64,000 bases of DNA from Bryobacterales bacterium (GCA_963422375.2 OY729428.2:1696001-1760000), one strand, 5' to 3'. Positions 19,491 to 30,167 are shown, counted from the stretch's first letter. Notes: generated by a model not told the origin, from the sequence alone. Translations and numbers: made by a program.

Positions 19491-22400
19491 ATGCATTCGA
19501 GACCGAAACTCGCAAGCCTAGCGTTCGCCGTCGCGCTGGCGGAAGCCGTCGCGCTTCCCGCGAGCGGAAGCGAGGCCGCCCTGGAGCATTTCGAGAGCAA
19601 GGTCCGGCCTGTACTCGTCGAGAACTGCTACGCCTGCCACAGCGCCGACGCGCCGAGCGTCTTCGCGAACCTGCGGCTCGACAGCCGGTCCGGGCTGCTG
19701 CGCGGGGGCGACTCCGGCCCGGCAGTCGTGCCGGGTGATCCGGCTTCCAGCCTCTTGCTTCGCGCCGTGCGCGGCGAGGCCATGACTCTCATGCCTCCGA
19801 CCGGCAGGCTGAACCCTGCACAGATCGACGATCTGGCGGCCTGGGTGGCGCACGGGGCCCCGTGGCCCGCCGATGACGCCCCGGAGCTGCCGGATCCCAG
19901 CGAGGCCTTCGACTTGGACCGCAGGCGCAGGGAGCACTGGGCATGGCGGCCGGTGAGGCCCGGGCGGCTGCCGGCGGTCAGCGACGAGCGCTGGCCTCGG
20001 TCGGGCATCGACCGTTTCATTCTGGCCCGGCTGGAAGAGGAGGGCCTCGAGCCTGCCCGTCCCGCCGACCGCTACACCCTGCTGCGACGGCTCTCGTTCG
20101 CTCTGACGGGCCTCCCGCCGACACCGAATGAGATCGCCAGCTTCCTGCGCGACGGCTCGCCCCGGGCGGTGGAGGCGGTCGTGGAGCGCCTGCTCTCCTC
20201 GCCCCACTTCGGGGAGCGCTGGGCGCGCCACTGGATGGACCTGGTCCGCTACACCGAGTCGCACGGCAGCGAGGGCGATCCCGACATACCCGACGCGTGG
20301 AGGTACCGGGACTACCTGATCCGCGCGCTCAACGCTGACGTGCCCTACGACCAGCTGGTCCGGGAGCACCTCGCCGGCGACCAGTTGCCGCAGCCGCGCT
20401 ACAACCGCGAGCTCGGGCTCAACGAGTCGCTGCTCGGTACCGGGCACTTCCGCATGATTGAGCACGGCTTCCAGCCGGTCGAGCCCTGGGAAGACCGGGT
20501 CAAGTGGACCGACAACCAGATCGACGTGCTTTCGAAGGCGTTTCAAGGCCTGACGGTCTCCTGCGCCCGGTGCCACGACCACAAGTTCGACGCGATTAGC
20601 CAGCGCGACTACTATGCCCTGTTCGGTGTGCTCGCCGGTGCCCGGCCCGTCCAGCGCGCAGTGGACGTGCCGGACGTGCTGCACAAGAACCGCGATGCCC
20701 TGCGCGGTGCAAAGGCGCGGGTCCGAGACGCGCTCGTGGACCTCTGGACCGAGGCCGCCGAGGCACTGGCCGCGAGGCTCCGGGGCGGGGACCAAGCCGT
20801 CGCGCGAGCTGTCGAGGCGGCGGCCTGCGACCCGGACAGCGCCCTGTACCCGTGGTCGGACCTGGCAGGACGGCCCGACGCGGAGGTCGAGGCCGGCTGG
20901 CGGCAGCTCCAGCGGGACTGGGAGCGTCAGCTGGAGTCGCGCCGGACCTTCAACGAGAGCAGCTTCAAGGCGATTTGGAAGCCCCATGAGGGCATGGCCT
21001 CGTGGCGAAGACTCGGCACCGGCATCGAGCAGGGGTCGTCGGAGGCGGGCCAGTTCTCGATCCTGCCCGCGGGCGACCGCGTCCTAGAGGGCGTCTACGG
21101 GCGCGGCGTCCACAGCGGGCTGCTCTCGAGGCGGCACAACGGTGTCCTCCAGACACCTAGGTTCGCCATCGACACCGACTACGTCAGCTTTCTTGTCCAA
21201 GGGTCCGGCCTCAGCGTTGTCCGCCTGATCGTCGAGAACTACGCCGTGCCGCGCGGCGGCATCTACTGGCAGCGCTACTCGCCCAAGTCGGACGAGCCGA
21301 CTTGGGCCGGGTGGGACACCAGCTACTGGAAGGGCTTTAGCGCGTACCTGGAGTTCGCCACGGTGCGCGACGCCACCAACTTTCTGCTGGACAAGGAGGA
21401 CGCGAGGAAGCAGACCAAGCCGACGCCCCCGGAGGACGGGCGTTCGCACTTCGGCGCCCTCGCGGTGGCGTTCCACGACGAGGACATCGTGCCGCGGGAC
21501 GTGGACGCGGCGGTTGCGTACCTGCTCGAGGCGCAGGCGCCCACGAGCGTCGCGGATCTGTCGGCGCTCTACGCGCGGCGCCTGCGCGAGGCCGTGGAGG
21601 ACTGGCGCCGCGGGCCGATGGCTCCCCATCAGGCCGCGTTTCTCGACGACTTTGTCCGGCAGGGACTGGTGCCCGCCTCGACCGGGTCGTCGGAGCGGCT
21701 CGACGCTCTCGTGGCGGCATACCGTGCGCTCGAGGACGATGTGCCGGTCTACCGCCGCTCACCGAGCGTGCTGGAAGAGGCCGGGCCGGACCAGCCGCTG
21801 CTGGTCCGGGGCAGCCACAAGGACCGGGGCGAGCCGGTGCCTCGCCGCTACCTGGCCGCGCTGGGCGGCGAGCCGTACGAGGATCCCGCCACCACCCGCC
21901 TGCGACTGGCCGAGGACCTGACCGACCCGAGCAACCCGCTCACCGCGAGGGTCATGGTCAACCGCGTCTGGAAGCACTTGTTCGGCAAGGGTCTCGTGGC
22001 GACCGTCGACAACTTCGGGCGGGTCGGCAGTGCCCCGTCGCATCCCGAACTGCTGGACCATCTGGCCCACGACTTTGTCAGGGACGGCTGGTCCATCAAG
22101 CGTCTCGTCCGGCGGCTCGTGCTGACGTCCACCTATGCGCAGGCGAGCGAGCAGTCCGAGCTGGGGGCCCGAGTCGACCCCGCCAACTCGCTGCTGCAGC
22201 ACATGCCGGTGCGGCGTCTGGAGGGCGAAGCCGTTCGCGACACCCTGCTGGCCGTGTCGGGCCGGCTGGATCCCAGTCTGCTCGGGCCCTCGGTGAACGT
22301 CTACTACGCCTTCGCGAAGGGCAAGACGAAGGGCGACCGGCCGAAGGGCCCGCTTGACGGGGACGGGCGCCGGAGCGTCTACCAAGAGATACGGCGCAAC

Positions 22401-22736
22401 GCGCACAATCCGTTCCTCGAGGCCTTCGACCAGCCCAAGCCGTCGTCCACGCGGGGCGAGCGGGATGCCACCAACGTTCCGGCGCAGTCCCTGACGATGC
22501 TGAACAGCCCCTTGGTGGTGGAGCAGGCGGATCTCTGGGGGCGGCAGCTGGCGGGCCGCGAGCGGTCGGCTTCCGCGACGGTCGAGGAGATGTTTCTGAG
22601 CGCCTTGGGGCGACCTCCCGAGCCGCTCGAACTGGACCGGAGCTTGGGCTTCCTCGGCGACGGAGCCGATGCTGACAGGTGGTCGGACCTCGCCCATGCG
22701 CTCTTCAACCTCAAGGAGTTCTTGTACGTCCGCTAG
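19491..22736 (+). CDS. PSD1 / planctomycete cytochrome c (DUF1549+DUF1553) protein
   Basis: Signal peptide; FESKVRPVLVENCYACH; HWAWRP; LLRRLSFALTGLPPT; FGERWARHWMD; CARCHDHKFD; NPLTARVMVNRVW; PSHPELLD. Confidence 0.92.
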   Translation: MHSRPKLASLAFAVALAEAVALPASGSEAALEHFESKVRPVLVENCYACHSADAPSVFANLRLDSRSGLLRGGDSGPAVVPGDPASSLLLRAVRGEAMTLMPPTGRLNPAQIDDLAAWVAHGAPWPADDAPELPDPSEAFDLDRRRREHWAWRPVRPGRLPAVSDERWPRSGIDRFILARLEEEGLEPARPADRYTLLRRLSFALTGLPPTPNEIASFLRDGSPRAVEAVVERLLSSPHFGERWARHWMDLVRYTESHGSEGDPDIPDAWRYRDYLIRALNADVPYDQLVREHLAGDQLPQPRYNRELGLNESLLGTGHFRMIEHGFQPVEPWEDRVKWTDNQIDVLSKAFQGLTVSCARCHDHKFDAISQRDYYALFGVLAGARPVQRAVDVPDVLHKNRDALRGAKARVRDALVDLWTEAAEALAARLRGGDQAVARAVEAAACDPDSALYPWSDLAGRPDAEVEAGWRQLQRDWERQLESRRTFNESSFKAIWKPHEGMASWRRLGTGIEQGSSEAGQFSILPAGDRVLEGVYGRGVHSGLLSRRHNGVLQTPRFAIDTDYVSFLVQGSGLSVVRLIVENYAVPRGGIYWQRYSPKSDEPTWAGWDTSYWKGFSAYLEFATVRDATNFLLDKEDARKQTKPTPPEDGRSHFGALAVAFHDEDIVPRDVDAAVAYLLEAQAPTSVADLSALYARRLREAVEDWRRGPMAPHQAAFLDDFVRQGLVPASTGSSERLDALVAAYRALEDDVPVYRRSPSVLEEAGPDQPLLVRGSHKDRGEPVPRRYLAALGGEPYEDPATTRLRLAEDLTDPSNPLTARVMVNRVWKHLFGKGLVATVDNFGRVGSAPSHPELLDHLAHDFVRDGWSIKRLVRRLVLTSTYAQASEQSELGARVDPANSLLQHMPVRRLEGEAVRDTLLAVSGRLDPSLLGPSVNVYYAFAKGKTKGDRPKGPLDGDGRRSVYQEIRRNAHNPFLEAFDQPKPSSTRGERDATNVPAQSLTMLNSPLVVEQADLWGRQLAGRERSASATVEEMFLSALGRPPEPLELDRSLGFLGDGADADRWSDLAHALFNLKEFLYVR

Positions 22737-23166
22737 GGGACCGGCGCGGCCGGCCGGGAGCCGGCCCATACTGGGAGTTGGGGGGCTACTGTTCCAAGAT
22801 GGGCGGGTGCTCCTCGTCAAGCGCGCTGCCCCCCCGGCGAAGGGCCTCTGGTCGATTCCCGGAGGGAAGCTCCGGGTCGGCGAAGCACTGGCTGACGGCG
22901 TGGCGAGAGAGGTGCGCGAGGAGACCGGCCTGTCCGTGCGGGTCGGAGCCTTGGTCGAAGTGTTCGAGCGGCTTCCGACGGCCGATTGCGACGCGCACTT
23001 TGTCGTGCTGGATTATCTCTGCGAAATGACCGGCGGGGTGCTGCGCGCGGGCGACGACGCCGACGAGGCGGCGTGGCATTCCATGGATGATCTTGGACGC
23101 TTGCACCTGACGCCTGGTGCGGTGGCGGTCATTCGCAAGGGCTGGCGAATGCAGGTCGGTCCATAG
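22669..23166 (+). CDS. Nudix hydrolase (ADP-ribose pyrophosphatase-like); start uncertain
   Basis: Nudix box GGKLRVGEALADGVAREVREETG; PILGVG; HFVVLDYLC; AGDDA. Confidence 0.88.
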   Translation: MLTGGRTSPMRSSTSRSSCTSARGPARPAGSRPILGVGGLLFQDGRVLLVKRAAPPAKGLWSIPGGKLRVGEALADGVAREVREETGLSVRVGALVEVFERLPTADCDAHFVVLDYLCEMTGGVLRAGDDADEAAWHSMDDLGRLHLTPGAVAVIRKGWRMQVGP

Positions 23167-23182
23167 GCCCCGCGAGGGCGAG

Positions 23183-25621
23183 ATGCTTCCGAAGCCGTAC
23201 GAATCGCTGGAATTCGACAGGGTAGTGGCGATCCTGCGGCGCTACGCGGTCAGCCCGCTCGGCGGTGCCAGGCTGGACCGGCTGCTCGAGCGGTTCCGCT
23301 TGGACTCGCCGTCCGACGCCGACGCGGAACTCGCCGTTGTCGCCGAGGCAGTCGGCTGGCTGCGCGCCGCCGAGCGGAACGACGAGCAAGAGATGCCCGC
23401 AGTGCCGCGGTTCGACGGTCTCAGGGACATTCGCGACCCGGTGGAGAGGCTGTCGGCGGAAGGCAGCCTGCTGGATGCCGAGGAGATCCGCGACATCCTC
23501 GACCTGCTCGGGGCCGCGCAGCGCTACCGCGAGGCCTTGCTGAAGGACAGGCGCAAGCGCCCCGGCCTGCACGACCGGGGCGAGGCCATGCCCGACCTGC
23601 GGGCGCTGGTGGCCGAGCTAGCGGGCAGGATCCTGCCCAACGGGGAGATTTCGAGCCTGGCAAGCACGGCGCTGTCCAGAATCCGGCGCCACATCGACCG
23701 GCAGAGAGTCGTCGTCGAGGCCTCGCTGGAGCGATTCGTACGGAAGTACGCGGCCTTGGGCGTGCTGCAGGACAAGTACGTCACCATGCGCAACGGACGC
23801 ACGGTGGTGCCGGTCAAGGCCCAGTGGAAGGCGCAGGTGGACGGCATCGTGCACGGCGCCAGCGGGAGCGGGCAGACGGTCTTCGTGGAGCCCCTCGACA
23901 CGATCGTGCAGAACAATCGGCTCGTGCGCCTCCGGGAGGAGGAGCAGGCGGAAATCCTGCGCATCCTCCGCGAGATGAGCAGCCGGCTCCGAGCCGAGCG
24001 GGACTCGATCGGCGAGACCGCGAATGCGGTCGCAGAACTGGAGTTCGTCTTCGCTCGCGCACGGTTCTGGCGGGAGTTCTCCTGCTGCCGACCGCGCTTC
24101 GGCACGACGCCGGAGGCGCGTATCGTGCTGGAGGACGCGAGGCATCCGATCCTGCAGGATCTGCTGGCCGGGCGCCGCCGGCGACCGGTTCCGATGAGCG
24201 TCCGGCTGGAGAGCGCCTTGCGCACGATGGTCGTGAGCGGTCCGAACGCGGGCGGCAAGACCGTCGTTCTCAAGACCGTCGGAATTCTTGCCGCCATGGC
24301 GCAAGCCGGGATCCCGGTTCCAGCCGAGAGGGCGGAGTTTCCTTGGTTCGACGGCATCTTGGCCGATATCGGTGACGCGCAGTCGATCAGCGAGAGCCTG
24401 AGCACGTTCTCGGCGCATGTGTCGAAACTGACGGCGATTCTCGAGCAGGCGACGCCCGCGAGCTTGGTCGTTCTCGACGAGCTGGGAACAGCGACGGATC
24501 CGGAGGACGGCGGGGCGCTCGCCATCGCGGTGGTGGAACGGCTCCAGGCGGTCGGGGGATTCGTGATCGTGTCGACTCACCTGCCGGAGCTCAAGATGTA
24601 CGGGGCCGGTTCAGCCGGCGTCGTGAGCGCCTCGATGGGATTCGACGACGCCACCCTGGGCGTGACCTACGAGCTGCAGACAGGCATTCCCGGCCAGTCG
24701 GCGGGTCTCGAAATGGCCGAGCGATACGGCCTGCCGGCCGACGTGATCTCGCGAGCGCGCGATCTGAGGGGGCACGCGGGAGAGCAGGCGGCCCGCTTTC
24801 TGGCGGATCTGCGCAAGCAGGCGAAGGAGTACGAGGATCTGGCGAGCGAGGCGCGGGTCCGGAGCAGGGAACTGGAAGCGCGCAAGAGGGAGCTCGAGAG
24901 GGACGCGGCGGCTCGCCTGCGGAGCCATCGCCAGAAGACCGACGAAAAGGTCGAGAAGCTGATTCGCAAGATCGAGCAGCGCTTCCAGGCGGCGCTCGAC
25001 GCGGCCGTGCGCAAGATGCAGGCATCCGTCGCCAAGGCGGACCGCTCGCTGCACCGCAAGGCGGCGCAGGCGGTCGGCGGGTTCCGCCGCGCCCTTCGCT
25101 CCGATGTGTCGGAGGCGCTGGGAGGTGCCTCGGCCCAGAAGCTCGGGGACGGCGGGGACGAATTCGCCGTGGGCGACCGAGTGCGGCTGCAATCGATGGG
25201 AGCGACTGGCGAAATCGTGCGCAGGGTGGATGCCGGCCGCTGGGAAGTCCAAGCGGGCAGGATGCGGCTGCAAGTGGCATCTTCGGAGATCATCCCGGAC
25301 GACGACCCGTCCCCGAGGCCTGCTCGGCTGCCTTCAGGCGTGCGGCTTCATACCGTGTCGGATGACGCGAATGTTCCGTCGGAGCTCAACGTGATCGGCA
25401 AAACGGCCGACGAGGCCCTCATGGACGTGGACAAGTTCCTGGACCGGGCCGTCCTCGCGAATCGGACGCGGTTGCGGGTGGTCCATGGGTTCGGCAAGAA
25501 CGTGCTGCGCCGGGAATTGTGGCGGATGTTCGCCCGGCACGTGCATGTAACGAAGTACTACCAAGCCGAGCAGCACGACGGCGGGGCGGGAGTCACCGTC
25601 GTAGAGGTCGGCGAGAAGTGA
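23183..25621 (+). CDS. mutS2: MutS2 endonuclease/ATPase with Smr domain
   Basis: GIVHGASGSGQTVFVEP, SGPNAGGKT, SLSTFSAH, LDELGTATDPEDG, STH; C-terminal Smr VVHGFG..GGAGVTVVE. Confidence 0.95.
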   Translation: MLPKPYESLEFDRVVAILRRYAVSPLGGARLDRLLERFRLDSPSDADAELAVVAEAVGWLRAAERNDEQEMPAVPRFDGLRDIRDPVERLSAEGSLLDAEEIRDILDLLGAAQRYREALLKDRRKRPGLHDRGEAMPDLRALVAELAGRILPNGEISSLASTALSRIRRHIDRQRVVVEASLERFVRKYAALGVLQDKYVTMRNGRTVVPVKAQWKAQVDGIVHGASGSGQTVFVEPLDTIVQNNRLVRLREEEQAEILRILREMSSRLRAERDSIGETANAVAELEFVFARARFWREFSCCRPRFGTTPEARIVLEDARHPILQDLLAGRRRRPVPMSVRLESALRTMVVSGPNAGGKTVVLKTVGILAAMAQAGIPVPAERAEFPWFDGILADIGDAQSISESLSTFSAHVSKLTAILEQATPASLVVLDELGTATDPEDGGALAIAVVERLQAVGGFVIVSTHLPELKMYGAGSAGVVSASMGFDDATLGVTYELQTGIPGQSAGLEMAERYGLPADVISRARDLRGHAGEQAARFLADLRKQAKEYEDLASEARVRSRELEARKRELERDAAARLRSHRQKTDEKVEKLIRKIEQRFQAALDAAVRKMQASVAKADRSLHRKAAQAVGGFRRALRSDVSEALGGASAQKLGDGGDEFAVGDRVRLQSMGATGEIVRRVDAGRWEVQAGRMRLQVASSEIIPDDDPSPRPARLPSGVRLHTVSDDANVPSELNVIGKTADEALMDVDKFLDRAVLANRTRLRVVHGFGKNVLRRELWRMFARHVHVTKYYQAEQHDGGAGVTVVEVGEK

Positions 25622-25971
25622 TTGGGCTGAACATCGGAACAGTTGGAATGGAAGTTCGGAGGGGCGATACCCTAGACATTCCGTGCTGGTCTCATTTGCG
25701 GTGGCGCAGGTAGGGCGCCTCCGACGATTCGGGAGAAGCCTTGGCTGCAAGCGGGCCCAGCATCGATCGACAAGGAAAAATATCGAGGCATGTGGATGCA
25801 GTTGCCTGTACCCGACTCGATCCCGCGACTGCGAAAGTGAGACGGTGGGCGTTCTGCCGACCCCAGAAACACCTTGTGAAATATCGGTCCACGGCGGGTC
25901 TAGGACTTCATCCTCCCCCTTGACACGGGGAACTCTGAATGCCTACTCGCGGTCTTGGTCTTGGTACGCCT

Positions 25972-26346
25972 TCAGACCGTATCCTCCCGCGAGACCCGCC
26001 CCAAACGTGCCCAGACCTTGAAGAATCTGAAAATATGTCTCGGAATGTTCGGGAAGAAGAAGCCCCATGATGGATGGGAAGTCAGAATAGAGAGAAGGAT
26101 ATAACCCAGTCTGAACCAGCGATTGCTGCTTCGCAACTGCCAGATTGCCTGATCACGCTGCTTGGAGTTGTCAAGGAACTGAGTCACATGCTCGGATTGG
26201 AACTTATCAAAGATAGGGTGGTAGCCTGGACCCGAACGAACCACGCTGGCCGCGAACTCTTGGAGCTTGACAATACCTTGGGGCTGATCTCTTTCCTGAA
26301 TGTTCGCCTGAGCGTCATCCGGCTCTTGCTTGTCGTCCTGTGCCAT
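25972..26346 (-). CDS. Hypothetical protein, possible C-terminal membrane segment (may be frameshifted)
   Basis: Lower-GC ORF with ATG preceded by a GGAAGG RBS; no recognised motif. Confidence 0.45.
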   Translation of the reverse strand: MAQDDKQEPDDAQANIQERDQPQGIVKLQEFAASVVRSGPGYHPIFDKFQSEHVTQFLDNSKQRDQAIWQLRSSNRWFRLGYILLSILTSHPSWGFFFPNIPRHIFRFFKVWARLGRVSREDTV

Positions 26347-26366
26347 CGTTGATACCTTCCCCCGGC

Positions 26367-26660
26367 CTAGCGTATGTACTGGTTGAACCCCTTGACAGAT
26401 TCTCGAATGCTATTAAGCAGCCGTTGCCCCGACTCCTCTTGCGCCTGGGCCACCTGGTCGGCCATCACGTGGAGCAGAACGGCGTATGCCAGCTGCTGCG
26501 TCTGCACATCGCCGGACCTGAGCGCCCACTCCACGGTCGCCAGCATCTCTTGAGAGACGTCACCACGGTGGACACCCCAGATCTCACGCATCTCGTCCTT
26601 GCGCAGAGGCGCTGGAGTGATCCTGTGGAAGGTATAGCGCCTGCGCGGGCATCGTGCCAA
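26367..26660 (-). CDS. Hypothetical protein
   Basis: 97-aa ORF with protein-like composition, co-directional with 25972-26346. Confidence 0.35.
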   Translation of the reverse strand: MARCPRRRYTFHRITPAPLRKDEMREIWGVHRGDVSQEMLATVEWALRSGDVQTQQLAYAVLLHVMADQVAQAQEESGQRLLNSIRESVKGFNQYIR

Positions 26661-26830
26661 GCCAACTCTTTCGCTGTCTCAGAATCTTGCAGTGGCCGCG
26701 CCGAGGGCCGCGCTCCCACGACGGCCGGCGGGTCCTTGGGACGGGGGGCGCGCCGGTCACCGGCTGGTCGTCCGATTGCGGGTCCCGCCAGTCTCGAATG
26801 CTAGAATGGGCGTTCAGCCGAATCGCCCCT

Positions 26831-27190
26831 ATGCTCCCTGGATTCCTACTACCCGAAACCACCGTGCAGGAGAGCGGCTCCGGAGAGCCCTTCGAAATCG
26901 GTTCCGGCGGCGGCACGGCGCTGCTTTCGCTAGGCATCACCGAGATTCTCGAGCAGCAGAGCTTGGACGTGAACGTCCTCGGTTCTGCCGACGGCGAGCA
27001 GTGGATGGAGAAACCCGTGCGGAGCTTCCCGCAGAAGTTCTATTCCGGCGTGTGGCAGATCCTCTGCGACCTTGACGCAATACCGGACGTCCGTTTCCTG
27101 AAAGTGGGCTACAAGGTGGCACGCTGGGGTGTCGGTTCCCCTACGCCGATGTTCAAGTTCTACGTGTTCGCCGAGCGATTCACTGCTTGA
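26831..27190 (+). CDS. Hypothetical protein (beta-rich)
   Basis: Good codon pattern; LGITEILEQQSLDVNV.GSADG, SFPQKFYSG; TGnTAGAAT-like -10 near 26800. Confidence 0.7.
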   Translation: MLPGFLLPETTVQESGSGEPFEIGSGGGTALLSLGITEILEQQSLDVNVLGSADGEQWMEKPVRSFPQKFYSGVWQILCDLDAIPDVRFLKVGYKVARWGVGSPTPMFKFYVFAERFTA

Positions 27191-27209
27191 CGCGAGCGCG
27201 CTTACCGCG

Positions 27210-27683
27210 CTACTTGCGCTGCCGGTGGCGGTGCATGGCGTCCCGGGCTTCGGCCTCCTCGATCGCCTTCCGCTTAGAGTCGCGCTTGTCGTGGACTTGC
27301 TTGCCTCGGGCCAGGGCGATCTCGCACTTGATCCGCCCGTTCTTGAGGTACACCCGGGTCGGCACCAGTGTCAGACCCTTCTGGCGCGTCTTGCCCTCGA
27401 TGCGGTCGATCTCCCTGCGATGCATGAGCAGCTTGCGGGAGCGCACCGGCTCGGCGTTCCCGATGGTGGCCTTGTCGTACGGCGAGATATGCGCGTTGTG
27501 CAGCCACAGCTCGCCGCCGCTCACCGCGGCGTAGGCGTCCGAAAGCTGGATGCTGCCGCTCCGGCAGGACTTGACCTCCGCTCCCGTGAGGACCATACCT
27601 GCCTCGAACTGCTCTAGGAACGCGTACTGCCGCCGGGCCCGGCGGTTGTCGACAAGATTGCCGCTGCCTTGCTTCTTGGCCAT
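27210..27683 (-). CDS. smpB: SsrA-binding protein
   Basis: NRRARRQY, FEAGMVLTGAEVKS, HISPY, RKLLMHRREI, ARGKQVHDKR; the longer ORF call to 29189 is an antisense extension. Confidence 0.96.
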   Translation of the reverse strand: MAKKQGSGNLVDNRRARRQYAFLEQFEAGMVLTGAEVKSCRSGSIQLSDAYAAVSGGELWLHNAHISPYDKATIGNAEPVRSRKLLMHRREIDRIEGKTRQKGLTLVPTRVYLKNGRIKCEIALARGKQVHDKRDSKRKAIEEAEARDAMHRHRQRK

Positions 27684-27767
27684 TGCACTTCCACGGTCGC
27701 GACCGTTCCTGCGTCTTTCTCGTATGGGACGGTCCGCGCGAGCAGGCGCGCACTCCCTGCATTCAGG

Positions 27768-30161
27768 ATGACAGCAATCCGGAACGCCTCGCGTCGCGCG
27801 ACCGTTCTGCTGGTCCTGGCGCTGCTGGTAGCAGCCCAGGCAGCGGGCGGGGCGCGCAAGGCGAAGAGCCTCTATCGCCAGGGCCAGGCGGCGGAGCAGG
27901 CCGGCGACTTCGACGAGGCGCTCGAGAAGTACGCCCTCGCGACCAGCGAGGCCCCCGGCGTCCACCGCTACACGCTCGCCGAGCGGCGCATGCGATTCGT
28001 CGCCGGGCAAGCGCACGTCGAGGCCGGAGTGCGGCTGCGCGGGGAGGGCCTCTACGAGGAGGCCCTGTCCGAATTCGAGCGGGCGATCGCGATCGACCCG
28101 GCCTCCAGCGTCGCGGTGCAGGAGCGTCGCATGACACTGGGGCTGATCGAAGCGAGCAGCCAGCCGGCCCCCGGGCAAGCCGAGGCACTCGAGAGCGCAC
28201 TGGAGGCCGACCGTCACGAGCGCAGCGAGCGCTTGGCGTCGATCACCGCGCCGCCGGATCTGTCCCCGCTCTCCGACCAGCCGATCAACCTCATGCTCAA
28301 CGAGCAGGCCAAGATCGTCTTCGAGACCATCGGCAAGCTTGCCGGGATCAACGTGCTCTTCGACCCGGACTTCTCTGACCGGAATCTCGAGATCGAGATT
28401 CGCAACGCGACCCTGCCCGAGGCCTTGGACTACGTCAGCCTGCTGGCGAAGGCCTTCTGGAAGCCGCTCACGCACAACACCGTGCTGGTGACCGACGACA
28501 ATCCCAACAAGCGGCGCGAGTACGAGGACGAGGTCGTCAAGACCGTCTACCTGACCAACCTGTCCACGCCGCAGGATCTCTCGGAGGTGTCCACCGCCAT
28601 CCGCGGGCTGACCGACATCCGTCGGATGTTCACCGTCAACTCGATGAGCGCGATCGTGATGCGGGGCAGCCGCGCCAAGGTCGCCATCGCCGAGAAGATC
28701 GTCCATGACATGGACAAGCCCCGGGCCGAGGTGATTGTCGACGTGCTGGTGCTCGAAACAAGCAAGTCCCGCAACCGCACTCTCGGGCTGACTCCGCTGT
28801 CGGGCAGCACCAAGGGGCTGCAGTTCCCGATCGGGTTCGCCGGCGCCGCGGGCGGCGCCGGGGCCGGGGACCTGACCCTGCCTGTGAATCGCCTTGGTGA
28901 CGTGGGTATGGGCAGCTGGACGACGTCGCTCCCGGGCTTCCTGCTGTCGGCGGTCTTCAGCAATTCGGACACGGAGCTCCTGCAGTCGCCGCGCATTCGA
29001 ACGGCGGACAACCACCAGGCCGACCTGCGGATCGGCGACCAGGTGCCGATCGCGACCGGAAGCTTCCAGCCCGGGGTGGGCGGCGTTGGCATCAATCCCT
29101 TGGTCAACACCCAGTTCACCTTCAAGGACGTGGGCGTCAACGTATCCCTGACGCCGAAGATTCACGCGAACAGGGATGTATCGATGCACGTCGAAATCGA
29201 GATCTCGAATGTACGCGACGTCGTGGAGCTAGGCGGGATCTCGCAGCCGATCATCGGGCAGAGGACGATCCAGCACGACGTTCGCATCCGCGAGGGGGAA
29301 GCCAGCATCATCGGCGGGCTCAATCAGTCGCAGGTGTTCAAGACCAAGTCCGGTGTTCCGTTCCTCGGCGAGATCCCGGTGGTGGGGAGGCTTTTCAGTG
29401 AGCTGGATGTCCAGCGCATCGAGAGCGAGGTGCTGCTCGTGCTCGTGCCGCACATCGTGCGGATGCCGGGCATCGACGCGAACAACCTGCGCACGATAGC
29501 GACGGGCACGGACCAGAAGTTCGAGGTGCGGTACGAGCAGCCGGGCAACGGCAAGCCGGCGCTGCCTCCCGCGGCGGACGACGAGAGCAGCGGCGAGGAT
29601 GCCTCCGGCGCTCCGTCGCCGCCTCGGGACGATGCGGAGCCCCGGGAGCCGCCAGAGCCGGAAGCGGCCCCGCCTGCGGTGCCGGACGAAGCCGCCGGGG
29701 CAGCGCCGGATCCATCGGCGCCGCCCGGTCAGGTCTCGCCGCAAGGGCCGCGCCTGTTTCTCGATCCACCCGCGATCACGGTTCCGGTCGGTCAGCAGAT
29801 TACCGTCTCGCTCATGGTCGGCGACGCGGTGGCGCTCGCCAGCATGCCAATGCGCATCCAATACGACCGGGACAAGCTGCGTCTCGCGGGAGTCGAGAAG
29901 GGGGACTTCCTAGCCGGTTCCGACGCGAGCGACATCATCTTCTCCAGGAGCATCCGGCACGCCAACGGGCTGGCCGCCGTGAACATCGCCCGATACAGGG
30001 GCACTGGCGGCGCGGATGGCGAGGGCGAGCTCGTCACGCTGACGTTCGAGGGGGTGGCGGCCGGGCAGGCGCAAGTGCGAGTGCTCGCGAACGCGCCGCG
30101 CGACGCGTCCGACACGGCCCTGCAAGTCGAGCCGCTCGAGGTGGAGATCTCGGTGCGGTAG
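27768..30161 (+). CDS. gspD: Type II secretion secretin with N-terminal TPR and C-terminal cohesin-like domain
   Basis: GKLAGINVLFDPD, DKPRAEVIVDV, LQSPRIR, IGDQVPIATGS, DVGVNV.LTP, GVPFLGEIPVVGRLF; C-terminal IQYD..L..GDFL..GELVTLTF. Confidence 0.88.
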   Translation: MTAIRNASRRATVLLVLALLVAAQAAGGARKAKSLYRQGQAAEQAGDFDEALEKYALATSEAPGVHRYTLAERRMRFVAGQAHVEAGVRLRGEGLYEEALSEFERAIAIDPASSVAVQERRMTLGLIEASSQPAPGQAEALESALEADRHERSERLASITAPPDLSPLSDQPINLMLNEQAKIVFETIGKLAGINVLFDPDFSDRNLEIEIRNATLPEALDYVSLLAKAFWKPLTHNTVLVTDDNPNKRREYEDEVVKTVYLTNLSTPQDLSEVSTAIRGLTDIRRMFTVNSMSAIVMRGSRAKVAIAEKIVHDMDKPRAEVIVDVLVLETSKSRNRTLGLTPLSGSTKGLQFPIGFAGAAGGAGAGDLTLPVNRLGDVGMGSWTTSLPGFLLSAVFSNSDTELLQSPRIRTADNHQADLRIGDQVPIATGSFQPGVGGVGINPLVNTQFTFKDVGVNVSLTPKIHANRDVSMHVEIEISNVRDVVELGGISQPIIGQRTIQHDVRIREGEASIIGGLNQSQVFKTKSGVPFLGEIPVVGRLFSELDVQRIESEVLLVLVPHIVRMPGIDANNLRTIATGTDQKFEVRYEQPGNGKPALPPAADDESSGEDASGAPSPPRDDAEPREPPEPEAAPPAVPDEAAGAAPDPSAPPGQVSPQGPRLFLDPPAITVPVGQQITVSLMVGDAVALASMPMRIQYDRDKLRLAGVEKGDFLAGSDASDIIFSRSIRHANGLAAVNIARYRGTGGADGEGELVTLTFEGVAAGQAQVRVLANAPRDASDTALQVEPLEVEISVR

Positions 30162-30167
30162 CTGGCG

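Noticed and set aside
26367..26660. Degenerate Zn ribbon (CPRRR...WGVHRG)
   Set aside because: Would require several independent Cys losses; too speculative
25630..27200. tmRNA next to smpB
   Set aside because: No tRNA-like ends or tag reading frame recognised
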